The notes under the pieces were generated by a model that was not told where the DNA came from, searched no databases, and saw only the letters and a list, made by a program, of their open reading frames with translations. Position numbers and translations under genes: made by a program. From positions 66,458,862-66,522,861 of the forward strand of contig NC_090399.1 of assembly GCF_036365525.1 (NCBI RefSeq): 64,000 bases of DNA, read 5' to 3'. This DNA is from Heterodontus francisci. Taxonomy: Eukaryota. This document shows positions 51,301-64,000 of this stretch, piece after piece (within the stretch, counting starts at the first letter, position 1; every line of letters begins with the position of its first letter).

Positions 51301-54300
51301 CCTGATGTCTCTCTCTCTCTGTGGGGTTGATGTTTTGGGGTTCATGCCCTGATGTCTTTCTCTCTGTGGGGTTGATGTTTTGGGGTTCATGCCCTGATGT
51401 CCATCTCTCTCTCTCTGGTGTTGATGTTTTGGGGTTCATGCCCTGATGTCTCTCTTTGGGGTTGATGTTTTGGGGTTCATGCCCTGATGTCTCTCTTTGG
51501 GGATGATATTTTGGGGTTCATGCCCTGATGTCTCTCTCTCTCTGGGGTTGATGTTTTGGGGTCCATGCCCTGATGTCTCTCTCTCTCTCTGGGGTTGATG
51601 TTTTGGGGTTCATGCCCTGATGTCTCTCGCTGTCTGTGGGGTTGATGTTTTGGGATTCATGCCCTGATGTCTCTCTCTCTCTCTGGGGTTGATGTTTTGG
51701 GGTTCATGCCCTGATGTCTCTCTCTCTCTCTGTGGGGTTGATGTTTTGGGGTTCATGCCCTGATGTCTCTGTCTCTGGGGTTGGTGTTTTGGGTTTCATG
51801 CCCTGCTGTCTCTCTCTCTGTGGGGTTGATGTTTTGGGGTTCATGCCCTGATGTCCATCTCTCTCTGCGGTTGGTGTTTTGGGGTTCATGCCCTGATGTC
51901 TCTCTCTCTCTGTGGGGTTGATGTTTTGGGGTTCATGCCCTGATGTCCATCTCTCTCTCTCTGGGGTTCATGTTTTGGGGTTCATGCCCTGATGTCTCTC
52001 TCTCTCTGGGGTTGGTGTTTTGGGGTTCATGCCCTGATGTCTCTCTCTCTGGGGTTGATGTTTTGGGGTTCATGCCCTGATGTCTCTCCCTTTCTCTTGG
52101 GTTGATGTTTTGGGGTTCATGCCCTGATGTCTCTCTCTTTCTCTGGGGTTGATGTTTTGGGGTTCATGCCCTGATGTCTCTCTCTCTGTGGGGTTGATGT
52201 TTTGGGCTTCATGCCCTGATGTCTCTCTCTCTCTGGGGTTGATGTTTTGGGGTTCATGCCCAGATGTCTCTCTCTCTCTGGGGTTGGTGTTTTGGGGTTC
52301 ATGCCCTGATGTCTCTCTCTCTCTGGGGTTGATGTTTTGGGGTTCATGCCCTGATGTCTCTCTCTCTCTGCGATTGATGTTTTGCGTTCATGCCCTGATG
52401 TCTCTCTCTCTGGGGTTGATGTTTTGGGGTTCATGCCCTGGTGTCTCCCTCTTTGGGGTTGATGTTTTGGGGTTCATGCCCTGATGTCTCTCTTTCATTG
52501 GGGTTGATGTTTTGGGGTTCATGCCGATGTCTCTCTCTTTGGGGTTGATGTTTTGGGGTTCATGCCCTGATGTCTCTCTCTCATTGGGGTTGATGTTTTG
52601 GGGTTCATGCACTGATGTCTCTCTCTTTGGGGTTGATGTTTTGGGGTTCATGCACTGATGTCTCTCTCTCTCTGGGGTTGATGTTTTGGGGTTCATGCCC
52701 TGATGTCTCTCTCTCTCTGGGGTTAATGTTTTGGGGTTCATGTCCTGATGTCTCTCTCTCTCTGTGGGGTTGATGTTTTGGGGTTCATGCCCTGATGTCT
52801 CTCTCTCTGGGGTTGATGTTTTGGGGTTCATGCCCTGATGTCTCTCTCTTTCTCTTGTGTTGATGTTTTGGGGTTCATGCCCTGATGTCTCTCTCTCTCT
52901 GTGGGGTTGATGTTTTGGGGTTCATGCCCTGATGTCTTTCTCTCTGTGGGGTTGATGTTTTGGGGTTCATGCCCTGATGTCCATCTCTCTCTCTCTGGTG
53001 TTGATGTTTTGGGGTTCATGCCCTGATGTCTCTCTTTGGGGTTGATGTTTTGGGGTTCATGCCCTGATGTCTCTCTTTGGGGATGATATTTTGGGGTTCA
53101 TGCCCTGATGTCTCTCTCTCTCTGGGGTTGATGTTTTGGGCTTCATGCCCTGATGTCTCTCTCTTTGGGGTTGATGTTTTGGGGTTCATGCCCTGATGTC
53201 TCTCTCTCTGGGGTTGATGTTTTGGGGTTCCTGCCCTGATGTCTCTCTCTTTGGGGTTGATGTTTTGGGGTTCATGCCCTGATGTCTCTCTCTCTTTGGG
53301 GTTGATGTTTTGGGGTTCATGCCCTGATGTCTCTGTCTTTGGGGTTGATGTTTTGGTGTTCATGCCCTGATGTCTCTCTTTCATTGGGGTTGATGTTTTG
53401 GGGTTCATGCCGATGTCTCTCTCTTTGGGGTTGATGTTTTGGGGTTCATGCCCTGATGTCTCTCTCTCATTGGGGTTGATGTTTTGGGGTTCATGCACTG
53501 ATGTCTCTCTCTTTGGGGTTGATGTTTTGGGGTTCATGCACTGATGTCTCTCTCTCTCTGGGGTTGATGTTTTGGGGTTCATGCCCTGATGTCTCTCTCT
53601 CTCTGGGGTTAATGTTTTGGGGTTCATGTCCTGATGTCTCTCTCTCTCTGTGGGGTTGATGTTTTGGGGTTCATGCCCTGATGTCTCTCTCTCTGGGGTT
53701 GATGTTTTGGGGTTCATGCCCTGATGTCTCTCTCTTTCTCTTGTGTTGATGTTTTGGGGTTCATGCCCTGATGTCTCTCTCTCTCTGTGGGGTTGATGTT
53801 TTGGGGTTCATGCCCTGATGTCTTTCTCTCTGTGGGGTTGATGTTTTGGGGTTCATGCCCTGATGTCCATCTCTCTCTCTCTGGTGTTGATGTTTTGGGG
53901 TTCATGCCCTGATGTCTCTCTTTGGGGTTGATGTTTTGGGGTTCATGCCCTGATGTCTCTCTTTGGGGATGATATTTTGGGGTTCATGCCCTGATGTCTC
54001 TCTCTCTCTGGGGTTGATGTTTTGGGCTTCATGCCCTGATGTCTCTCTCTTTGGGGTTGATGTTTTGGGGTTCATGCCCTGATGTCTCTCTCTCTGGGGT
54101 TGATGTTTTGGGGTTCCTGCCCTGATGTCTCTCTCTTTGGGGTTGATGTTTTGGGGTTCATGCCCTGATGTCTCTCTCTCTTTGGGGTTGATGTTTTGGG
54201 GTTCATGCCCTGATGTCTCTGTCTTTGGGGTTGATGTTTTGGTGTTCATGCCCTGATGTCTCTCTCTGGGGTTGATGTTTTGGGGTTCATGCCCTGATGT

Positions 54301-57300
54301 CTCTCTTCGGGGATGATATTTTGGGGTTCATGCCCTGATGTCTCTCTCTCTGTGGGGTTGATGATTTGGGGTTCATGTCCTGATGACCATCTCTCTCTCT
54401 CTGGGGTTGATGTTTTGGGGTTCATGCCCTGATGTCTCTCTATCTGGGGTTGATGTTTTGGGGTTCATGCCCTGATGTCTCTCTCTTTGGGGTTGATGTT
54501 TTGGGGTTCATGCCCTGATGTCTCTCTCTCTTTGGGGTTGATGTTTTGGGGTTCATGCCCTGATGTCTCTCTCTTAGGGGTTGGTGTTTTGGGGTTCATG
54601 CCCTGATGTCTCTCTCTGGGGTTGATGTTTTGGGGTTCATGCCCTGATGTCTCTCTTTGGGGATGATATTTTGGGGTTCATGCCCTGATGTCTCTCTCTC
54701 TCTGGGGTTGATGTTTTGGGGTTCATGCCCTGATGTCCATCTCTCTCTCTCTGGGGTTGATGTTTTGGGGTTCATGCCCTGATGTCTCTCTCTCTCTGTG
54801 GGGTTGATGTGTTGGGGTTCATGCCCTGATGTCCATCTCTCTCTCTCTGGGGTTGATGTTTTGGGGTTCAAGTCCTGATGTCTCTCTCTGTGGGGTTGAT
54901 GTTTTGGGGTTCATGCCCTGATGTCTCTCTCTCTCTCTCTGGGGTTGATGTTTTGCGGTTCATGCCCTGATCTCTCTCTCTCTCTGTGGGGTTGATGTTT
55001 TGGGGTTCATGCCCTGATGTCTCTCTCTCTTTGGGGTTGATGTTTTGGGGTTCATGCCCTGATGTCTCTGTCTCTGGGGTTGGTGTTTTGGGGTTCATGC
55101 CCTGATGTCTCTCTCTCTGTGCGGTTGATGTTTTGGGGTTCATGCCCTGATGTCCATCTCTCTCTCACTGGGGTTGATGTTTTGGGGTTCATGCCCTGAT
55201 GTCTCTCTCTCTCTGTGGGGTTGATGTTTTGGGGTTCATGCCCTGATGTCTTTCTCTCTGTGGGGTTGATGTTTTGGGGTTCATGCCCTCATGTCCATCT
55301 CTCTCTCTCTGGGGTTGATGTTTTGGGGTTCATGCCCTGATGTCTCTCTTTGGGGTTGATGTTTTGGGGTTCATGCCCTGATGTCTCTCTTTGGGGATGA
55401 TATTTTGGGGTTCATGCCCTGATGTCTCTCTCTCTCTGGGGTTGATGTTTTGGGGTTCATGCCCTGATGTCTCTCTCTGGGGTTGATGTTTTGGGGTTCA
55501 TGCCCTGATGTCTCTCTTCGGGGATGATATTTTGGGGTTCATGCCCTGATGTCTCTGTCTCTGTGGGGTTGATGTTTTGGGGTTCATGCCCTGATGTCCA
55601 TCTCTCTCTCTCTCTGGGGTTGATGTTTTTGGGTTCATGCCCTGATGTCTCTCTGTCTGGGGTTGATGTTTTGGGGTTCATGCCCTGATGTCTCTCTCTT
55701 TGGGGTTGATGTTTTGGGGTTCATGCCCTGATGTCTCTCTCTCTTTGGTGTTGATATTTTGGGGTTCATGCCCTGATGTCTCTCTTTGGGGTTGATGTTT
55801 TGGGGTTCATGCCCTGATGTCTTTCTCTGGGGTTGATGTTTTGGGGTTCATGCCCTGATGTCTCTCTTTGGGGATGATATTTTGGGGTTCATGCCCTGAT
55901 GTCTCTCTCTCTCTCTGGGGTTGATGTTTTGGGGTTCATGCCCTGATGTCCATCTCTCTCTCTCTGGGGTTGATGTTTTGGGGTTCATGCCCTGATGTCT
56001 CTCTCTCTCTGTGGGGTTGATGTTTTGGGGTTCATGCCCTGATGTCCATCTCTCTCTCTGTGGGGTTGATGTTTTGGGGTTCATGTCCTGATGTCTCTCT
56101 CTCTCTGTGGGGTTGATGTTTTGGGGTTCATGCCCTGATGTCTCTCTCTCTCTCTGGGGTTGATGTTTTGGGGTTCATGCCCTGATGTCTCTCTCTCTCT
56201 CTGGGGTTGATGTTTTGGGGTTCATGCCCTGATGTCTCTCGCTGTCTGTGGGGTTGATGTTTTGGGATTCATGCCCTGATGTCTCTCTCTCTGTGGCGTT
56301 GATGTTTTGGGGTTCATGCCCTGATGTCTCTGTCTCTGGGGTTGGTGTTTTGGGTTTCATGCCCTGATGTCTCTCTCTCTCTCTGGGGTTGATGTTTTGG
56401 GGTTCATGCCCTGATGTCTCTCTCTCTCTGTGGGGTTGATGTTTTGGGGTTCATGCCCTGATGTCTCTCTCTCTGTGGCGTTGATGTTTTGGGGTTCATG
56501 CCCTGATGTCTCTGTCTCTGGGGTTGGTGTTTTGGGTTTCATGCCCTGCTGTCTCTCTCTCTTTGGGGTTGATGTTTTGGGGTTCATGCCCTGATGTCTC
56601 TCTTTGGGGTTGATGTTTTGGGGTTCATGCCCTGATGTCTTTCTCTGGGGTTGATGTTTTGGGGTTCATGCCCTGATGTCTCTGTTTGGGGATGATATTT
56701 TGGGGTTCATGCCCTGATGTCTCTCTCTCTCTCTGGGGTTGATGTTTTGGGGTTCATGCCTGATGTCCATCTCTCTCTCTCTGGGGTTGATGTTTTGGGG
56801 TTCATGCCCTGATGTCTCTCTCTCTCTGTGGGGTTGATGTTTTGGGGTTCATGCCCTGATGTCCATCTCTCTCTCTCTGGGGTTGATGTTTTGGGGTTCA
56901 TGTCCTGATGTCTCTCTCTCTCTGTGGGGTTGATGTTTTGGGGTTCATGCCCTGATGTCTCTCTCTCTCTCTGGGGTTGATGTTTTGGGGTTCATGCCCT
57001 GATGTCTCTCTCTCTCTCTGGGGTTGATGTTTTGGGGTTCATGCCCTGATGTCTCTCGCTGTCTGTGGGGTTGATGTTTTGGGATTCATGCCCTGATGTC
57101 TCTCTCTCTGTGGCGTTGATGTTTTGGGGTTCATGCCCTGATGTCTCTGTCTCTGGGGTTGGTGTTTTGGGTTTCATGCCCTGATGTCTCTCTCTCTCTC
57201 TGGGGTTGATGTTTTGGGGTTCATGCCCTGATGTCTCTCTCTCTCTGTGGGGTTGATGTTTTGGGGTTCATGCCCTGATGTCTCTCTCTCTGTGGCGTTG

Positions 57301-60300
57301 ATGTTTTGGGGTTCATGCCCTGATGTCTCTGTCTCTGGGGTTGGTGTTTTGGGTTTCATGCCCTGCTGTCTCTCTCTCTGTGGGGTTGATGTTTTGGGGT
57401 TCATCCCCTGATGTCCATCTCTCTCAGCGGTTGGTGTTTTGGGGTTCATGCCCTGATGTCTCTCTCTCTCTGGGGTTGGTGTTTTGGGGTTCATGCCCTG
57501 ATGTCTCTCTGGGGTTGATGTTTTGGGGTTCATGCCCTGATGTCTCTCTCTTTCTCTTGTGTTGATGTTTTGGGGTTGATGCCCTGATGTCTCTCTCTCT
57601 CTGTGGGGTTGATGTTTTGGGGTTCATGCCCTGATGTCTTTCTCTCTGTGGGGTTGATGTTTTGGGGTTCATGCCCTGATGTCCATCTCTCTCTCTCTGG
57701 TGTTGATGTTTTGGGGTTCATGCCCTGATGTCTCTCTTTGGGGTTGATGTTTTGGGGTTCATGCCCTGATGTCTCTCTTTGGGGATGATATTTTGGGGTT
57801 CATGCCCTGATGTCTCTCTCTCTGGGGTTGATGTTTTGGGGTTCATGCCCTGATGTCTCTCTCTCTCTGTGGGGTTGATGTTTTGGGGTTCATGCCCTGA
57901 TGTCCATCTCTCTCTCTCTGGGGTTGATGTTTTGGGGTTCATGCCCTGATGTCTCTCTCTCTCTGGGGTTAATGTTTTGGGGTTCATGTCCTGATGTCTC
58001 TCTCTCTCTGTGGGGTTGATGTTTTGGGGTTCATGCCCTGATGTCTCTCTCTCTCTCTGGGGTTGATGTTTTGGGGTTCATGCCCTGATGTCTCTCTCTC
58101 TCTCTGGGGTTGATGTTTTGGGGTTCATGCCCTGATGTCTCTCGCTGTCTGTGGGGTTGATGTTTTGGGGTTCATGCCCTGATGTCTCTGTCTCTGGGGT
58201 TGGTGTTTTGGGTTTCATGCCCTGCTGTCTCTCTCTCTGTGGGGTTGATGTTTTGGGGTTCATGCCCTGATGTCCATCTCTCTCTGCGGTTGGTGTTTTG
58301 GGGTTCATGCCCTGATGTCTCTCTCTCTCTGTGGGGTTGATGTTTTGGGGTTCATGCCCTGATGTCCATCTCTCTCTCTCTGGGGTTCATGTTTTGGGGT
58401 TCATGCCCTGATGTCTCTCTCTCTCTGGGGTTGGTGTTTTGGGGTTCATGCCCTGATGTCTCTCTCTCTGGGGTTGATGTTTTGGGGTTCATGCCCTGAT
58501 GTCTCTCCCTTTCTCTTGGGTTGATGTTTTGGGGTTCATGCCCTGATGTCTCTCTCTTTCTCTGGGGTTGATGTTTTGGGGTTCATGCCCTGATGTCTCT
58601 CTCTCTGTGGGGTTGATGTTTTGGGCTTCATGCCCTGATGTCTCTCTCTCTCTGGGGTTGATGTTTTGGGGTTCATGCCCAGATGTCTCTCTCTCTCTGG
58701 GGTTGGTGTTTTGGGGTTCATGCCCTGATGTCTCTCTCTCTCTGGGGTTGATGTTTTGGGGTTCATGCCCTGATGTCTCTCTCTCTCTGCGATTGATGTT
58801 TTGCGTTCATGCCCTGATGTCTCTCTCTCTGGGGTTGATGTTTTGGGGTTCATGCCCTGGTGTCTCCCTCTTTGGGGTTGATGTTTTGGGGTTCATGCCC
58901 TGATGTCTCTCTTTCATTGGGGTTGATGTTTTGGGGTTCATGCCGATGTCTCTCTCTTTGGGGTTGATGTTTTGGGGTTCATGCCCTGATGTCTCTCTCT
59001 CATTGGGGTTGATGTTTTGGGGTTCATGCCGATGTCTCTCTCTTTGGGGTTGATGTTTTGGGGTTCATGCCCTGATGTCTCTCTCTCTCTGGGGTTAATG
59101 TTTTGGGGTTCATGTCCTGATGTCTCTCTCTCTCTGTGGGGTTGATGTTTTGGGGTTCATGCCCTGATGTCTCTCTCTCTGGGGTTGATGTTTTGGGGTT
59201 CATGCCCTGATGTCTCTCTCTTTCTCTTGTGTTGATGTTTTGGGGTTCATGCCCTGATGTCTCTCTCTCTCTGTGGGGTTGATGTTTTGGGGTTCATGCC
59301 CTGATGTCTTTCTCTCTGTGGGGTTGATGTTTTGGGGTTCATGCCCTGATGTCCATCTCTCTCTCTCTGGTGTTGATGTTTTGGGGTTCATGCCCTGATG
59401 TCTCTCTTTGGGGTTGATGTTTTGGGGTTCATGCCCTGATGTCTCTCTTTGGGGATGATATTTTGGGGTTCATGCCCTGATGTCTCTCTCTCTCTGGGGT
59501 TGATGTTTTGGGGTTCATGCCCTGATGTCTCTCTTTGGGGATGATATTTTGGGGTTCATGCCCTGATGTCTCTCTCTCTCTGTGGGGTTGATGTTTTGGG
59601 GTTCATGCCCTGATGTCCATCTCTCTCTCTCTGGGGTTGATGTTTTGGGGTTCATGCCCTGATGTCTCTCTCTCTGTGGGGTTGATGTTTTGGGCTTCAT
59701 GCCCTGATGTCTCTCTCTCTCTGGGGTTGATGTTTTGGGGTTCATGCCCAGATGTCTCTCTCTCTCTGGGGTTGGTGTTTTGGGGTTCATGCCCTGATGT
59801 CTCTCTCTCTCTGGGGTTGATGTTTTGGGGTTCATGCCCTGATGTCTCTCTCTCTCTGCGATTGATGTTTTGCGTTCATGCCCTGATGTCTCTCTCTCTG
59901 GGGTTGATGTTTTGGGGTTCATGCCCTGGTGTCTCCCTCTTTGGGGTTGATGTTTTGGGGTTCATGCCCTGATGTCTCTCTTTCATTGGGGTTGATGTTT
60001 TGGGGTTCATGCCGATGTCTCTCTCTTTGGGGTTGATGTTTTGGGGTTCATGCCCTGATGTCTCTCTCTCATTGGGGTTGATGTTTTGGGGTTCATGCCG
60101 ATGTCTCTCTCTTTGGGGTTGATGTTTTGGGGTTCATGCACTGATGTCTCTCTCTCTCTGGGGTTGATGTTTTGGGGTTCATGCCCTGATGTCTCTCTCT
60201 CTCTGGGGTTAATGTTTTGGGGTTCATGTCCTGATGTCTCTCTCTCTCTGTGGGGTTGATGTTTTGGGGTTCATGCCCTGATGTCTCTCTCTCTGGGGTT

Positions 60301-63300
60301 GATGTTTTGGGGTTCATGCCCTGATGTCTCTCTCTTTCTCTTGTGTTGATGTTTTGGGGTTCATGCCCTGATGTCTCTCTCTCTCTGTGGGGTTGATGTT
60401 TTGGGGTTCATGCCCTGATGTCTTTCTCTCTGTGGGGTTGATGTTTTGGGGTTCATGCCCTGATGTCCATCTCTCTCTCTCTGGTGTTGATGTTTTGGGG
60501 TTCATGCCCTGATGTCTCTCTTTGGGGTTGATGTTTTGGGGTTCATGCCCTGATGTCTCTCTTTGGGGATGATATTTTGGGGTTCATGCCCTGATGTCTC
60601 TCTCTCTCTGGGGTTGATGTTTTGGGGTTCATGCCCTGATGTCTCTCTTTGGGGATGATATTTTGGGGTTCATGCCCTGATGTCTCTCTCTCTCTGTGGG
60701 GTTGATGTTTTGGGGTTCATGCCCTGATGTCCATCTCTCTCTCTCTGGGGTTGATGTTTTGGGGTTCATGCCCTGATGTCTCTCTCTCTGGGGTTAATGT
60801 TTTGGGGTTCATGTCCTGATGTCTCTCTCTCTCTGTGGGGTTGATGTTTTGGGGTTCATGCCCTGATGTCTCTCTCTCTCTGTGGGGTTGATGTTTTGGG
60901 GTTCATGCCCTGATGTCTCTCTCTCTCTCTGGGGTTGATGTTTTGGGGTTCATGCCCTGATGTCTCTCTCTCTCTCTGGGGTTGATGTTTTGGGGTTCAT
61001 GCCCTGATGTCTCTCGCTGTCTGTGGGGTTGATGTTTTGGGATTCATGCCCTGATGTCTCTCTCTCTCTCTGGGGTTGATGTTTTGGGGTTCATGCCCTG
61101 ATGTCTCTCTCTCTCTGTGGGGTTGATGTTTTGGGGTTCATGCCCTGATGTCTCTGTCTCTGGGGTTGGTGTTTTGGGTTTCATGCCCTGCTGTCTCTCT
61201 CTCTGTGGGGTTGATGTTTTGGGGTTCATGCCCTGATGTCCATCTCTCTCTGCGGTTGGTGTTTTGGGGTTCATGCCCTGATGTCTCTCTCTCTCTGTGG
61301 GGTTGATGTTTTGGGGTTCATGCCCTGATGTCCATCTCTCTCTCTCTGGGGTTCATGTTTTGGGGTTCATGTACTGATGTCTCTCTCTCTCTGGGGTTGG
61401 TGTTTTGGGGTTCATGCCCTGATGTCTCTCTCTCTGGGGTTGATGTTTTGGGGTTCATGCCCTGATGTCTCTCCCTTTCTCTTGGGTTGATGTTTTGGGG
61501 TTCATGCCCTGATGTCTCTCTCTTTCTCTGGGGTTGATGTTTTGGGGTTCATGCCCTGATGTCTCTCTCTCTGTGGGGTTGATGTTTTGGGCTTCATGCC
61601 CTGATGTCTCTCTCTCTCTGGGGTTGATGTTTTGGGGTTCATGCCCAGATGTCTCTCTCTCTCTGGGGTTGGTGTTTTGGGGTTCATGCCCTGATGTCTC
61701 TCTCTCTCTGGGGTTGATGTTTTGGGGTTCATGCCCTGATGTCTCTCTCTTTCTCTGGGGTTGATGTTTTGGGGTTCATGCCCTGATGTCTCTCTCTCTG
61801 TGGGGTTGATGTTTTGGGGTTCATGCCCTGATGTCTCTCTGTCTCTTGGGTTGATGTTTTGGGGTTCATGCCCTGATGTCTCTCTCTTTCTCTGGGGTTG
61901 ATGTTTTGGGGTTCATGCCCTGATGTCTCTCTCTCTGTGGGGTTGATGTTTTGGGCTTCATGCCCTGATGTCTCTCTCTCTCTGGGGTTGATGTTTTGGG
62001 GTTCATGCCCAGATGTCTCTCTCTCTCTGGGGTTGGTGTTTTGGGGTTCATGCCCTGATGTCTCTCTCTCTGGGGTTGATGTTTTGGGGTTCATGCCCTG
62101 ATGTCTCCCTCTTTGGGGTTGATGTTTTGGGGTTCATGCCCTGATGTCTCTCTTTCATTGGGGTTGATGTTTTGGGGTTCATGCCGATGTCTCTCTCTTT
62201 GGGGTTGATGTTTTGGGGTTCATGCCCTGATGTCTCTCTCTCATTGGGGTTGATGTTTTGGGGTTCATGCCGATGTCTCTCTCTTTGGGGTTGATGTTTT
62301 GGGGTTCATGCACTGATGTCTCTCTCTCTCTGGGGTTGATGTTTTGGGGTTCATGCCCTGATGTCTCTCTCTCTCTGGGGTTAATGTTTTGGGGTTCATG
62401 TCCTGATGTCTCTCTCTCTCTGTGGGGTTGATGTTTTGGGGTTCATGCCCTGATGTCTCTCTCTCTCTCTGGGGTTGATGTTTTGGGGTTCATGCCCTGA
62501 TGTCTCTCTCTCACTCTGGGGTTGATGTTTTGGGGTTCATGCCCTGATGTCTCTCGCTGTCTGTGGGGTTGATGTTTTGGGATTCATGCCCTGATGTCTC
62601 TCTCTCTCTCTGGGGTTGATGTTTTGGGGTTCATGCCCTGATGTCTCTCTCTCTCTCTGTGGGGTTGATGTTTTGGGGTTCATGCCCTGATGTCTCTCTC
62701 TCTGTGGCGTTGATGTTTTGGGGTTCATGCCCTGATGTCTCTGTCTCTGGGGTTGGTGTTTTGGGTTTCATGCCCTGCTGTCTCTCTCTCTGTGGGGTTG
62801 ATGTTTTGGGGTTCATGCCCTGATGTCCATCTCTCTCTGCGGTTGGTGTTTTGGGGTTCATGCCCTGATGTCTCTCTCTCTGTGGGGTTGATGTTTTGGG
62901 GTTCATGCCCTGATGTCCATCTCTCTCTCTCTGGGGTTCATGTTTTGGGGTTCATGCCCTGATGTCTCTCTCTCTCTGGGGTTGGTGTTTTGGGGTTCAT
63001 GCCCTGATGTCTCTCTCTCTGGGGTTGATGTTTTGGGGTTCATGCCCTGATGTCTCTCTCTTTCTCTTGGGTTGATGTTTTGGGGTTCATGCCCTGATGT
63101 CTCTCTCTCTCTGTGGGGTTGATGTTTTGGGGTTCATGCCCTGATGTCTTTTTCTCTGTGGGGTTGATGTTTTGGGGTTCATGCCCTCATGTCCATCTCG
63201 CTCTCTCTGGGGTTGATGTTTTGGGGTTCATGCCCTGATGTCTCTCTTTGGGGATGATATTTTGGGGTTCATGCCCTGATGTCTCTCTCTCTGTGGGGTT

Positions 63301-64000
63301 GATGTTTTGGGGTTCATGCCCTGATGTCTCTCTCTGGGGTTGATGTTTTGGGGTTCATGCCCTGATGTCTCTCTTCGGGGATGATATTTTGGGGTTCATG
63401 CCCTGATGTCTCTGTCTCTGTGGGGTTGATGTTTTGGGGTTCATGCCCTGATGTCCATGTCTCTCTCTCTGGGGTTGATGTTTTGGGGTTCATGCCCTGA
63501 TGTCTCTCTGTCTGGGGTTGATGTTTTGGGGTTCATGCCCTGATGTCTCTCTCTTTGGGGTTGATGTTTTGGGGTTCATGCCCTGATGTCTCTCTCTCTT
63601 TGGGGTTGATGTTTTGGGGTTCATGCCCTGATGTCTTTCTCTGGGGTTGATGTTTTGGGGTTCATGCCCTGATGTCTGTCTTTGGGGATGATATTTTGGG
63701 GTTCATGCCCTGATGTCTCTCTCTCTCTGGGGTTGATGTTTTGGGGTTCATGCCCTGATGTCCATCTCTCTCTCTCTGGGGTTGATGTTTTGGGGTTCAT
63801 GCCCTGATGTCTCTCTCTCTCTGTGGGGTTGATGTTTTGGGGTTCATGCCCTGATGTCCATCTCTCTCTCTCTGGGGTTGATGTTTTGGGGTTCATGCCC
63901 TGATGTCTCTCTCTCATTGGGGTTGATGTTTTGGGGTTCATGCCGATGTCTCTCTCTTTGGGGTTGATGTTTTGGGGTTCATGCACTGATGTCTCTCTCT
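15311..64000. repeat. Large tandem satellite, ~43-49 bp unit TGGGGTTGATGTTTTGGGGTTCATGCCCTGATG(TC)n, roughly 1,100 units, with higher-order duplications; continues past the window end
   Basis: Continuous head-to-tail array on one strand with no interruption seen; unit length varies through the (TC)n tract; ~30-bp short units lack one GGGGTT sub-repeat. Copy number is 48.7 kb divided by ~44 bp. Confidence 0.99.

Noticed and set aside
15347-63986. Hundreds of ORFs (MNPKTSTPERERHQG..., LMFWGSCPDVSLS...) up to 322 aa
   Set aside because: By-products of a stop-poor satellite strand; frames shift with (TC)n length; no unique coding context.
15311-64000. CRISPR-like pattern (constant ~33-bp repeat plus variable part)
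   Set aside because: The variable part is only a 6-18 nt (TC)n tract, not unique spacers; vertebrate TE context; no cas genes.
15311-64000. TTTTGGGG / TTGGGG resembling ciliate telomere repeats
   Set aside because: Only single copies embedded in a longer monomer; no TTAGGG arrays; likely coincidental.

Overview
Eukaryotic, repeat-dense window, most likely from a shark or ray (inferred from HE1/HER1-like SINE-LINE tails and the leader peptide below). No complete gene is present. The first ~15.3 kb is a nested set of decayed mobile elements: two CR1 LINEs, a CR1-group/L2-like LINE, an RTE LINE, a Tx1-like 3' end, two SINE families, LTR-like pieces and a hAT/Charlie-like fragment. It also holds two minisatellites and a ~1 kb local duplication. 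Between these elements lies a small unique island (10141-10440) that the ORF track misses. It has an MHC-type X1/X2/Y promoter module with the canonical 20-bp X-Y spacing, followed by a 16-codon phase-1 leader exon (MIGLIELVLLCGGVSA|G-gt) resembling a cartilaginous-fish MHC class I exon 1. From ~15.3 kb to the window end (>48 kb) runs one tandem satellite: a ~43-49 bp unit, TGGGGTTGATGTTTTGGGGTTCATGCCCTGATG(TC)n, with kb-scale higher-order duplications. It would lie in intron 1 of that gene and starts next to the hAT fragment. All family assignments are by eye from motifs; no searches were run.
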